From Spirogloea muscicola (Eukaryota): a stretch of 33,743 nucleotides of DNA. Shown here one piece after another: positions 11,400-22,449 of the stretch (its first letter is position 1; each line of letters starts with the position of its first letter). The notes beneath the pieces are model-generated. The model saw nothing but the letters and a program-made list of their open reading frames with translations. It did no database searches and was not told the DNA's origin. Location of the stretch: positions 545,780 through 579,522 of the forward strand of contig WELB01000002.1 in assembly GCA_009602725.1 (NCBI GenBank), read 5' to 3'. Both the position numbers and the translations under genes were made by a program.

Positions 11400-13265
11400 C
11401 TTGACGGTGTAGCCTCCCTGAGGCAAGGCCGTGATGACTGTGGTCTGTCGTTATGCGGACGAAGCGACAGCGCTTCGTCAAGGGATTGCGACTTTAAGAA
11501 CCATCTACTGGGTTGGGCTCTCAGATTTCTTGTACTTTGGCAGGCTGTCAGGTTCTCTGCCAGAGGAGCTCAGGAACCTCTCCGCCATCCAGGGCCTCGA
11601 CCTCTCCGAAAACATGTACTGGACGCAATCCAACTTCGCATGCTGGAGACATCGTACAATGTCGCAATCTGACAAATAACAGCCAGTGTGCTCTGCATGA
11701 ATTTATCAATTGCTAACCTTCTGAGCAAGCTCGACAGGCTTCTGAAGTCTCGGCTGAGCTTGGCCGTGCTATGAAGTCAAGCTGCAACAGAGCTCGCTCC
11801 TTGCAGCCTGGTCCAGTGGCCTTGATGCTTGTACTGACATTCTAGGAAGTGCCACTGTCATTGTGCAGATTGACAGGCTCCATACCTCTCGGTCTTGCTA
11901 GGCTTCCGCTCCTGGAGGCGCTGTACTTGACACAAAACAGGTCCCTGTAGCAGTCCTTTCTCAAGATGGAGATGAGGTTGTGAAAGTCGTGATGGTTACA
12001 CTGCCCTCTGCTCATGCATCTTCCATTGCATGAGTTGGCTTCTGACAAGGCCAAATGTGCAGCCTCACGGGTCAAGTGCCAGGTGAATTTGGAGGATCTC
12101 TGAGCCTCCAAACTCTATACTTGGACTCCAATAGGTGGGTTGCCAAGACCATTGGTTGTTTGAAGAATTGGTAGAATGTCAATACTGGATGATGCAAAGC
12201 CTGCTTCGTCTCCGACTCAACGATACTGCCGACGCGTTCAGTGCATTGTCAGTAACTGATAAAGCAAGGCAGTTAGAGCAACCAGCTGGCTGGTTGCTCA
12301 AGTGAAGTTTCTGCTCTTGCTATCAGGCTCACAGGAGATATTACCTCTCAGCTTGGCCAGAACCAGGTCCTCCAGAATTTGTCACTCGCAGACAATCAGT
12401 AAGTTCACTTATGGTCCTGTTTTGAGGCCATTTGAGGCTGGTTCGCTGGCAGCTTGAATGGCACACTGCCAGCATCCCTGAGCGGGCTTGCAGTCTTGCA
12501 AAAGCTGTACCTGGGGGCCAATGAGTGCGTGATAATTGTGCGCTGTGTGCTTTACCACTTTTCTTGCCCCTTCGATCTCTGTTCATTCCTGTTCCTTGGC
12601 TGGCCATTCACAGAGATCACCCTCTACTGGAAGAGTTATTTTTTCGCTGAATTGACTGCTCGTTTGCTGGTTAAATTATTGTCTTTCTGATTGTTGTCCT
12701 TGCAATGCTAAGCCTCGCTTCCAAGCTAAGCACAGAGGTCAAGGTCATGCGATCAGGATAGAGGCGGGTTTGACTTGATGCATCTGTGCGGTGCGGGCAC
12801 CTAATGTCATTCAGCAAAGCTCGCCGATGCGACATTTCTGTGGACTGCGCTTTATACTCGGACGAGAATGGTCATGAAGTCAGCAGAAGTCAGCATGAAG
12901 GCAGCATCATCAAGTCAGCAGACTGATTGTCCTGTTCTTGATGACATCAACAGTCTTACAGGAAGCATCCCCGCCACGTTTGGGAACTGCACATCGCTAT
13001 TAAGCTTTGACGCATCCTACAACAAGTAAGCTCTCACATTGCCCTGAGCCGTATATGAGTCTCTGTGGCGTGCTCAATATAGCACATGTCAAAGTCAAGG
13101 CATTGCATTCATGGATCAGGTGGTACGTATGCCAATGCCCTGCAGTTGTCTTGCATTCAGATTGACGGGAGTCATCCCTTCAAGCATTGGCAACCTTCGA
13201 ATGTTGAGTACGTTGAATCTGGGGAGCAATGAGTAAGTATGGGCAAGACTCTCCTAGCAGCCAAG
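11400..13265 (+). other. Inverted block of seven intact 72-nt LRR exons belonging to minus-strand RLK copy 2
   Basis: Plus-strand AG/GT exons 11544-11615, 11869-11940, 12063-12134, 12327-12398, 12453-12524, 12954-13025, 13161-13232, all stop-free. The first matches exon 4 of copy 3 (28332-28403). Confidence 0.9.
13095..13260 (+). repeat. Inverted repeat, right arm (LRR exon 'A1' plus intron flanks)
   Basis: Exon LTGVIPSSIGNLRMLSTLNLGSNE here vs LTGVIPSSIGNLRMLRLLLLGSNK at 10950-10879. Confidence 0.92.
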
Positions 13266-14939
13266 CAACATCACTGTGGACCCAGGCCTCCCAGGAGATG
13301 CGAGATAGAGAAAGGATGGAGGCTCACTGTTTTGTCTGAAACAAATCGAGATGCGAAAATCGAGCAACTTACGCATGCTAACCTGTTAATTCTGAGGAAG
13401 AGGACTTGAAGATTAGGGAGGCTGCCCAGCGCGGGTGGGATGGTGCCCGTGAGCAGATTGTTGTTTAAGATTATGTACTGCAGGTTGTCAAGGTTGCCGA
13501 GCTCCGGTGCCAGCGTGCCTTCCAGCAGCATATTAGATACATTGAGCCCAATCACTTGCCTGCATGTAGACAGCAGGGGCCAGCTGCGCAGGAAGCTGAG
13601 CTTACTGAAGTCTTCACCACAAGCAGAGCCTTACAATGAGCTTGCAATGACGCTGCTGTTACACAAGCCCTCCGCCGAGCAAGCGCAGGCAGCCATTGCC
13701 GTTGGTCCTGGCGAGAGGTCACAAAGGCTGCGGCCCTTGCATGGCCACGACCTCAACACCGGCTGCCGCCAGGGCTGCCAAGCTTGTGCTGGTCGCTTGA
13801 CACATCGCAAGGTCAGCTCGCGCATTTACTGGGCAATGGTCAAAGCTCTCGCCTGGGGCCGCCAGGTGCCGTGGCATTGCACGCAACGCCATACCAGCCG
13901 CACGGCGTTTGGTCGGTTGGGCGCCAACTGGCAAGCGCGCCAGATAGGTCACTGGTTATGCGGGCCTCGAAGGCGAGCAGCCAGGCCTTGTCGGAGCTGC
14001 GCAGCGGAGGAACGATGGCAGTCAGCGGGCAGGGGGCTGTATGGTGGCGCCACACCCCAGCCATGGCGCTGGGTCGCACTTCGTCAGAGAAGCCCGGCGG
14101 CGAATGCGGCAAACACAGAGAGGACTCGCAGGCTCAGGACCTGCCAGCTGCTCAGGACTGCCAATGCTGTGGTGGTGACGGGGGTTAATAAGAATGCGGC
14201 TGTTGACAAAAGAAGTGCGGCTGTAGAGCCAGCCAGGTGTATACAGAGGGTAAGAGGGTGAGAGGGAGGGCTGCTCGCGCGAGGTCCCCGGCGGTGACGC
14301 CGACGCAAGACAGCAGAGCGGCGGCGACGAGCAGCGCGGCGGCGGCTGCCATGCTCGACGGTCTCGCGGCCACGCAGCCGGCAGCTGGCCAGAGGCGATG
14401 CCGGAGGCCACAACTGAAGCCGGCAGCGAGACAGCGGCTCTTCCAAAGGTGGCACCTCGGGGGGGCTCCGGGGGGGGGGGGTGGGTCCTGGCCCGGCTCT
14501 GGCCGGCAGCTTCCGGGAAACTCCCGGCCGCCGGCCGGCTGCCGGCAGCCGTCGGCCGGGCCCCGCCGCCCGCCTCGCGGCCGCGCTGCGCGCACGGCGA
14601 AGCCGCGGGGTCAGCGCCGGTCCCCCCCGACAAGCCTCCTGCCTCGTGATTTTCACAGCCGATTCTTTCATACCATCAGCAGCCGCTTCTCTCGTGATTG
14701 GCTGGTCGGCGCCGTACGGGGTGGAAATCCACCTACCCGCGCCCAGGTCTGCTTTTTGAAAATCCGATTTCTTGGAGCCGGCGATGTCTTTAATGGCGGA
14801 GGCGGCCGCCACGGGTGGATCTTTGGGACGGGATTTTGCGGCAAGTGGCGCGGCCGCTTCATCGTCCCATAAAGCCGGAGGCAGGGCTCCAGCGGACCTC
14901 AATATGAAACTGGAAGTGGCCCGCCCATATCGACGAGGG

Positions 14940-15700
14940 GCTGGCGAGCCCAAAAAGAAGAGCCAAAAGGTGCCGAAACAGAAGAACTACACAGCTAGAC
15001 ACGAGACAACGCAGATGGATGCTTAGTACCCACAAGTGAGCAGCAGCAAGTCCGAGTAACTCGCATTTGTGGAAGAGGCATTCTGCCTCGACCCAGATAC
15101 CTGTTTAATCGCTCGCAAAAAAAGAGAGGTGCTGGCAAAGCCAGCCCAAAACGAATGGACAAAATCCAAAGAGCCAAAATAGGTGCCGAAAAGGAAAGCT
15201 ACACAACTAGACACAAGAAAGGGCTCGCCCATTGAGGATAGGGGCTGGACAAGCCAGCCCAAAAAAGAATGAACAAAGAACGAGAAGGGGGCCAGAGACG
15301 ACGCCAAGGACCCACGAGTAAGCAGCAGCAAGTCCGAGTAACTCGCAGCCGGGAAAGGCACTCTGCCTGGACCCAGATGCAGCAGCCATGGCACGGCCTG
15401 CTCGCGTGTGAACCGCGTGAGCCAGGGAGCGCTGGAACGAGACCGCCAGCCGTATGCGTCATACTTGCGCCGACGAGCCGGCAGAGTTGAAGCCGGGCAC
15501 TTCACCTGGCTGACCCGGTCGCCGGTCGATGGCCGGCCGGGCAAACCGCTGGAGGAGATTCAGCCAGCGACTGCCAAAAGCCCCGTGCACGTCGATCACC
15601 AGTGCCGCGAATGCATCACCAGTAGGGTGGTTCGCCTACTTGCGCTCCTTGCCCCGGGCCGCCAGGCCGACCGCGTGCCCTGCGGTCGACGAATCGACGT
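14940..15700 (-). mobile_element. Stacked 3' fragments of CRE-like elements (SYSDLLLLTRG subfamily plus an A-type 3'UTR at ~15215-15300)
   Basis: Two copies of SYSDLLLLT(C/R)G, AQVxRIRLAVSFQRSLAH-like sequence, and repeated gccagcccaaaa 3'UTR motif. Confidence 0.7.
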
Positions 15701-16424
15701 CTCGTCCTTGGGCTTGGCTATCCTCATTCATAACATGTACGGTCAATTTGTTACAAGGGCTGTCAGGTGCCAGCTCAGTATAACAAGGTTCATAGGGGCG
15801 GAATCGCCTCAAAGCACACAGCTATGCAAATGGCTATATTCAATGGGATCTTTTTGGTCAGCGGTCACAAGCCGGAGTAATCTGCGAGTTGAAGGAGTGA
15901 ACGAGATCGGAAAGGGCCAGAAGGAGAACAAAACATAGGAAAGAAGCTCGGTCGAAAAGAGGAGATGAAACAGATCTTTCAAAGTAAGGCGATGCTCATG
16001 AGAGGCCAGCCATCAACATGTACGGGCTTCAAAGGTGGTGGCCAAGAACCTCGACGGCAACTGCAGCAACCCATTATGCAGCTACCTCTTCCCAAGGTGC
16101 TAGTGCATATGATTAGCTACTCAAGTGACTCCTGAAATTGGCCGCTCCCAAGAAGAGGTGCTCTGACCTGATACCCGCCTCGCGATGTACAGGGTCCTAC
16201 AGTCCAGCCAAATAATATCTCTCCCCAAGGTCTTCAATGTTGCACGCACTTGGACCGAGCATAATCAATTCAGTGGTTTCTGCTGGTGTTGTCGAGCGCC
16301 GGATGCCTTGACAGAGTGAGGTAAGCCTTTCCAGGGGGCGAGATTTCTGAGAAGCCAGGCCAGAAAGACTGGACTTGACAGAGCAGAGCAGCAGAGAGAA
16401 GGCGCGCGGTGCGCTTTAATGAAA

Positions 16425-16459
16425 GGGTTAGGGTTAGGGTTTACGGTTTACGGTTTAGG
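16425..16459. repeat. Short interstitial telomere-like tract
   Basis: gggtta gggtta gggttta cggttta cggtttagg: TTAGGG units followed by TTTA(C/G)GG-type units. Confidence 0.6.
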
Positions 16460-16542
16460 CCATATCTTGTTCATGCAAAAGCTAGTGCAATCAGATTATT
16501 ACTAAAGCCCTATGCTTAGGTGGCTAAGGTGACAGTGTGATT

Positions 16543-17230
16543 TTAGTATCCACGGGTGAGCACATACGAATCTAACAGGCTAACTTGGGAACCCAGAGCG
16601 CCGCCACAAAAACCGGTGACCTGACTTAGAGTGCGCCCAGCGCGCTGAGGGTCAGCCAGAGCTTGCGCGCGCTGCAAAGTTGCGAGAGCCGCATCTCTGG
16701 AGGGGGAGTGCAAGTCTCTAACTTGTACTTTACTTTGGGCTGGCCTCTCAGAGCCATTACCTTTCATTGGAGCCGTATTCTTAAACGTGAGCTACCAAGA
16801 GAAGATATACGCTTCCAGTGGAGGGCGATGGCTGTGATTGCCAGCCCAGAAAGAAAAACGAACAAAGTTCAAAGAGGCTGGAATAAGCGCTAGAGTACAA
16901 AGCGACTCAGATGGCCACTGGGGTGCTCATTATACCCTGTTGAGCAGCCGCAGGTCAGATAAATTAGTCTCCGGGTAGCATTTGGAGTTTGTATTGTGAT
17001 GGAGGGCCTAGCGGGCCAAGTACAAAAGCAAGCACATTGACACGTACATCACCTGCTGTTAAACTGACCCGCTCAGTAAATACGAGTCAGCTCATAGAGG
17101 TCGCTGCACGAATACCGGACGGCAAATGACAAGCCCTTGCCACCAGTGGAATGCTCGACCAGCTTTCTGGTGCAAAGCATGAGCGTGAGCTCGCTGCAAG
17201 CAGGCTGACACTCGACGTCGCAAACCGTAG
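16543..17230. mobile_element. Degenerate CRE-like 3' fragments
   Basis: LQRAQALA..RAGRTL..DSYVLTRGY (16543-16700 -), 3'UTR hairpin motifs at ~16735-16860, and SDLYELTRIY plus 3'UTR (~17000-17230 -). Confidence 0.6.
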
Positions 17231-17526
17231 CGGGGTGAGCCAAGCTAGTGGGAGGCCGATCACGATCAGAAGTGCGACCAAGCACGTGCGGCGCGCGTGG
17301 GGGGCGGTCAATGATGGTCAGCATGCCGTGGGGGGGGCGCGGACGTGTGAACCGCGGTGGCGCCCGGGGGGGGTGTTGGGAGGCTTTCCGCCGTTGTCGG
17401 GGATCTGCCGACCAGGTCGACCAGCCAACTCAGGGGGACCCCCCCGCCCCCCTCCCCCCCCNCTTGCCAGCCCCTCTTTGGGCCCCGCCGCCCACCCCCC
17501 ACTGCCCGCTGGCCGACCCCACCGCC

Positions 17527-19112
17527 ATGGCGGCTGCCAAAGGTCGAGGCGCGGCGCGCAGCCCGTCGCGGCGCGTCCCTCGCCCTTACCGCACCCGCAG
17601 CTCGACTGCTGCAATGAGGGCTGCCATTGCCTCAGTGGCCGTCCTTCCCACTCCTTCAACGCCTGCTTCGGCTTCTCCAGCTTCTTCACGCTCCTCCCCG
17701 ACGACGGCTGTGGAGCCCGAGCCCCTCCCTGCAGTCCTGGCAGTCCCTGCTCCTGATGAGACAGCTCGGCTTGCAGACCCCAGCTCGGCCTCCTCGGATG
17801 CAGAGTCCGATTCTTCCAACATGGACCCCCGAGTCGGAATTGTCATCAGCCCGGCACAGTCAAGCGACTCTTCTACTGCGGATGGGCCCTCTCTTTCCTG
17901 CCGGCCGCGAAGTTTGCTGCATCTACTCTCTTCTCGAAGGCACCGCCCATCTCTTCCCCAAGCTCCAGCTGTACATTCACCAGTGCCTGCACCAGTCCCC
18001 GCCCCTGAGCCACCACCACCACCACCACCACCACCACCACCTCCACCACCACCACCAGTGCCGCCGCCACCATTGCCTCATCTTCCTCCCCTGCTAGCCC
18101 TTCCCGTACCTCTTCCTCCCTTGCTGCCTCAACCTGTTGTCGAGAGACGCCATCCAGCTGGTGACCATCAAGAACGACCTCGCCATCAGCAGGGTCGGTC
18201 TCACGACCCGAGCCCACTCCAAACGGGCCTCCCAAGTGCGCCAGACCAGCGAGTCCCCTGCCCAGCATGCCAGCAACGTTTCAGCACGAGAGGGCTGCCA
18301 ATCCATGCCTATTACTGCCGCAATCGCCAGAATCGCCAGGAGCTGGCAGCGCGTTCACATGTGCCGGGCACCGTCCGTCCTCCACCACCCCCATCTTCTC
18401 TGAGCTGGCAATGGGCTGCCACAGTGGACCTCCACCCCCTTCTCATCCCTGACGGCATTCGTAACCTACGCCACATCCCCAGATGGGCACGTCGTGAGTG
18501 CACCAAGGTTCTTACGCCTTACCTCGCACGCATCGAAGCGGATTCGTTGGACGAGGCGGCCTAGGCCTTGTTCATGCTTTTTCCCAAGCTTGTTCTTGGC
18601 CATCTTCCCTCTTTCGGCGTCGGAGGCCGCAAGACTTTCCAGGACAGACTGGCTAAATTTACAAGTGGGAAATGGGAGGAGTTGGCTCAGCAGCGTGCAG
18701 CAGCTGCTCAGGTCGCGCTCTCACAGCAGCGGGCGCGCAATGGACGAGTCAATCAGCCCTCTCAACAGTCCACAGCTGGCAATCTAGCGCGGGCAAGACG
18801 CACGCTTTGGCAGGGCAGGAGAACTTTCCCGGGCCGCTCAGGCCCTTTGTCCTGACCCCCTGGTTACTACCAATGACGCCACAGAGGCTATCTTGCGACA
18901 GCTCCACCCCCCTCCACGACACCCCCTTGAGCCCTGGGATGGCGAGCTCCCCAATCCTCTTGACCTATCGGCAGAGGCGCTCCGTGTGGCCCTGACCAAA
19001 GCCCCCCGGATGGTGTCTGGAGGCCCTTCTGGATGGCTCTTCGAACACCTACAGGACCTTTTTCTTGATGGGGATGAGAGGAGCTTCTCCCTGTTCCTGT
19101 CCACCTGCCGGC
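17527..19112 (+). mobile_element. 5' part of a CRE-like non-LTR retrotransposon ORF, broken just before the RT core
   Basis: accgccATGG start, Ser/Pro-rich region, zinc finger CPACQQRFSTRGLPIHAYYC, LFPKLVL..RLAKFTSGKWEEL, ILRQLHP, VSGGPSGWLFEHL (pre-RT motif). Stop at 18562-18564 and a frameshift near 18800. Confidence 0.78.
18010..18072. repeat. (CCA)n microsatellite encoding polyproline
   Basis: Direct reading of ccaccacca... within the retrotransposon ORF. Confidence 0.9.
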
Positions 19113-19118
19113 AAAATT

Positions 19119-19596
19119 CCGTACCAACAGCATGGCGTGTGGTCGGCTGGGCGCCAATTAGCAAGCGCGCCAAATGGGTCACTGCTTATGCCGGCCTTGA
19201 AGGCGAGCAGCCAGGCCTTGTCGGAGCTGCCCAATGGAGGAACGATGGCAGTCAGCAGGTAGGGCTGTATGGTGGCCACACACCCCAGCCATGGCGCTGG
19301 GGTGCACTTCGCCATTGAACTCCGGCGGCGAATGCGGCAGATACAGAGAGGACTCGCACGCGCAATCTGCTAGCGGCTCAGTACTGGCAATGCCATGGTG
19401 GTGCCGGGGGGTGAGAAGAATGCGGCGCCTGATATTAGAATAGCGGCTGTAAGAGCCAGCCAGGTGCATACAGAAGGTAAGAGGGTAAGAGGGCAAGAGG
19501 GAGGACTGCTCACGCGAGGCCCCCAGCTGTGAAGCCGACAAAAGTCAGCACAGTGACGGCGACAAGCAGTGTGGGGGCGGCTGCCATGGCCGCCAT
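19119..19596 (-). pseudogene. LRR-RLK fragment (copy 4): signal-peptide exon and truncated LRRNT exon
   Basis: Exon 19596-19514 MAAMAAAPTLLVAVTVLTFVGFTAGGL; exon from 19226 SDKAWLLAFKAGISSDPFGALANWRPADHTPCCWYG; intron homologous to 13997-14278. Confidence 0.85.
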
Positions 19597-19729
19597 GCTC
19601 GACGATCGCAGCTACGCAGGCCGCGCTGCCAGCAGCCGGCAGCTGGGCAGAGGCGCTGCCGGAGGCTCGCCACGGCGGGCCGCGATTGCTCCTTCCAGGC
19701 GGCGGCGAGGGATTTGGCGGCGGCGAGCG

Positions 19730-20290
19730 TGGTGCTTGTCTTCTTATTGTGCTTGTCTTCCTTACTGCTTCGCCTAGCCCCCTTTTTGTACTTTGTTCAT
19801 TCTTTTTTGGGCTGGCTGTTCCAGCCCATATCCTCAATGGGCGAGCCCTTTCCGGTGTGCGTTTTTCGAGAAAAGTCAAGACAAGGCACAAAAAAGTCGG
19901 AGAAGAAAGGGGGGGAAGAGGAAGAAAGAACTGCTCTTCCAGATTACGGAACAAAGTAAGTTCTTCCAGTGGGACGGGGGCTGTGAGAAGAAAGGCATGC
20001 TCTTCCAATTGTCAGGCAATGGCTGTAAGATAAATTTACGTGTATTTGACACAAAGGAAGCCCAAAATGGCCAAGTACAAATGCAAGCACATCTAATGAC
20101 GTACATCACCCACTGCAAATTGACCCGCTCAGTAACCACGGGTCAGTACATAAAGGTTGCATATTGATGCCTGAATACAGATGGCAGATCGAAGCCCTTC
20201 TGCCACCAAGTAGAGCTCGCCTAGCTTTCTGGTGCAAAGCATGAGCCTGAGCACGCTGCAAATAGGCCGACACTCGTCGTCGCAAGAACG
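19730..20290. mobile_element. CRE-like fragments: A-type 3'UTR (+, ~19730-19852) and NLYVLTRGY subfamily 3' end (-, ~20060-20290)
   Basis: ttttttgggctggctgttccagcccatatcctcaatgggcgagccctt; reverse-strand ..NLYVLTRGY* followed by the shared 3'UTR. Confidence 0.7.
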
Positions 20291-20423
20291 ATAGTTATGC
20301 AGCTGGCAAGCCCATCTCAGCCGGAAGCACACCTGCACGTCGTGCATAGCCTAGATTGGCAATATTTTGAAGGAGAATGTGGTTGCAAGACATGAAGCTC
20401 TTTTTAGGGAGAAGTGGCTCTCC

Positions 20424-20760
20424 CTAAGGGGGGCAAGGGCTGTGAAAAGCCAGCCCGAAAAGAATTGACAAGGTTCGGAAGGGCCAAAAGCGTTGACTCA
20501 GGACTGGGGTAGGCTGAATCACTAAATTACCACGAGTGAGGAGCCGCAAAATCGACAGACAAGCAGCCGGAAAGCAAATTCCCTGACGAAAGCCAGAGGC
20601 TGCAGGGAGAGCACGGCCAGCACGCAAGTGCAAGGAGTGGGCCATGGACCGCTGGAGGGAAATGGTAAGGCGCATGCGATAGACCTGAGCTAAGAAGCCA
20701 GCGGCGTTGAAGTCTGCCTGCTCACCTCGCCTGCGGGACACAGCGCGCCGCGTGAGGTGG
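20424..20760 (-). mobile_element. CRE-like 3' fragment, subfamily B
   Basis: DFNAAGFLAQVYRMRLTISLQRSMAHSLHLRAGRALPAASG..LRLLTRG plus 3'UTR gggctggcttttcacagccc. Confidence 0.8.
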
Positions 20761-22449
20761 CGAGGGCTGTGAAAGGCCAGCCCGACAGGCATAGCGGTAC
20801 AGTGTTTCCATGAAGGGCGATGTGTGAATGGCCACCTAGATTACGGGATGTGAGAGGCCGGCCCGGAAATTCTGAACAAGGGTTGAGATGGCCGGGAGGC
20901 GCAATTAGTCGAAACTACTATCTGGTGGCTTCTGTGAGCTATGATCTCTGCGAATGGACGCACAATAAGAGGTGAGCTCTTCCAAGGAGAAGCTCGCCCA
21001 AATTAAGAAGGTGGCAAGGGAAATGCTAGCCCAAAAAGAATGGACAAAGGTCCAAAGAGCCGAAAGGCGCCTATACTACACAGCAATGCACGAGCCTACA
21101 GTGGAGGGAAGCTTAGTAACCCGGGTTTAGCTGCAGCAAGTCGGAGTAACTCCAAAGGGGGCGAGGGCTGTGAAAAGTTTACTGTAGGTTACTGTTTGAT
21201 AAGCCAGCCCGACAAGAGTTGACAAGGTCCGAAGGGCCCAAAAAGGGCTGAAACACGTAGGCATGGCAAATGCTTTTATAATTTACGGCAATGGCTTGAG
21301 CCGGCGGGCAGCGAGAAAACACGCGTCAAGGCGGCTGTGCCGGGACTCCGGGCCGCGTGGGTCCCGTCAGCCCCAGGCTGTCATGCGTTGCCGCCACGTG
21401 CCACGCCGCCACTCTCGGCGGCGTTGACCACGCGAGCAAGGCGTACAAGGGGCACGGGCTAAGCGTGTGGCAGCAGCAGAAAGTGGGCGTTGCAGGACTT
21501 TTGAGGATGCCGGAGGTTGAGAGCATCCGGAGGAATTTGCGCACGATGCATCTCCCTTAGCATACACGAATCCACCACTTGGGGACTCTATGCACGCCCT
21601 TGTCGTGCAATTTTCCGTCGGTGGCCTTTTACTGTAGATTTGACAAGGATGGTGACGGGCTCCACGCAGTGGACAGATAAGAGGATTATGCTTTGGTTTG
21701 GTGTTAAAGAAATAGATGAGTGTTAAGTCTTCCGAAGGGGGTGAGCTGTGAAAAGCCAGCCCGAAAAGAGTAACAAGGTCCAAGGGGCCAGGAACAGAGA
21801 GGAGTCGCAGCAAGCACGGCACCTCCTTCAAGGCAAATACCCTATCTGCCAGTGCCACAAATGGCGTCGGTGCACAGATTCATCCTGCCGTACCCGAAAC
21901 GTCCAGAAGCCGGCTCCAAGGGGTGTGATCCACCTTGACAACTTGTCGCGGGTTGGTTCCGGTGAGGCAGCGGCAGGTTTCATGGTAGGTATTCGTGAAA
22001 ATGATGGTACCAGGAGGCGTGCTACACCGGCCATTGGGACCAGGGGAGCCAATCCTGCCAGACGGCTCACCCCAAGGAATGAGAGGAAGTAAGCTCTTCC
22101 AGAGGGGGCTCAGCCCAACACACAATGTGATTCTTTGAGTAACCGAGCATAAGGGAGGAGATGGTCTCGGGGACGAGTAGTCCACTCGGTCCAGCCTCTT
22201 GCTTGGGACGGATCTGACCTAGGGTCACCAGTGCCGCCGCCACCCGCGTTGCACCGGCAGGCGTTGTTCGAGCATTGCGCGCTGCGCCAAGGGGCGAGGG
22301 CTGATCACCAGGCAGACCGGCCGCTAAGGAGCCTCACCCCGACAGCACTTTGCTAACCGGTCACCAATTCGGCACTGCTGCAAGGCAAGCTCGCTCGTGC
22401 TTACTCGTTATATTATAGACTGTCCTGCAGAGAAAAGAGACGCACTACA

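Larger units (their letters stand above)
9498..14352 (-). pseudogene. LRR-RLK copy 2: ectodomain with internal inversion, frameshift just before the TM, kinase missing
   Basis: Signal-peptide exon 14352-14279, LRRNT exon 13996-13853 (WLLAF..W..TPCGWYGVAC), exon 13559-13383. Single-LRR exons 11268-11197, 10950-10879, 10680-10609, 10450-10379. Large exon from 10265; 1-nt deletion near 9605; homology ends at MTEK (~9500). Confidence 0.88.

Noticed and set aside
14022..14953. 200-290 aa Ala/Arg/Pro-rich ORFs
   Set aside because: GC-rich 5' region of RLK copy 2 with few stop codons; no recognisable protein.
15720..16330. Possible coding remnant
   Set aside because: No recognisable motif in any frame; cannot be assigned without a database search.
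17325..17505. G/C homopolymer-rich tract as a G-quadruplex element (also 14459-14482)
   Set aside because: Contains an ambiguous base (17462) and long homopolymer runs, so sequence quality is doubtful.
21300..22200. Short ORFs between repeats
   Set aside because: No domain signature or splice-consistent model found.
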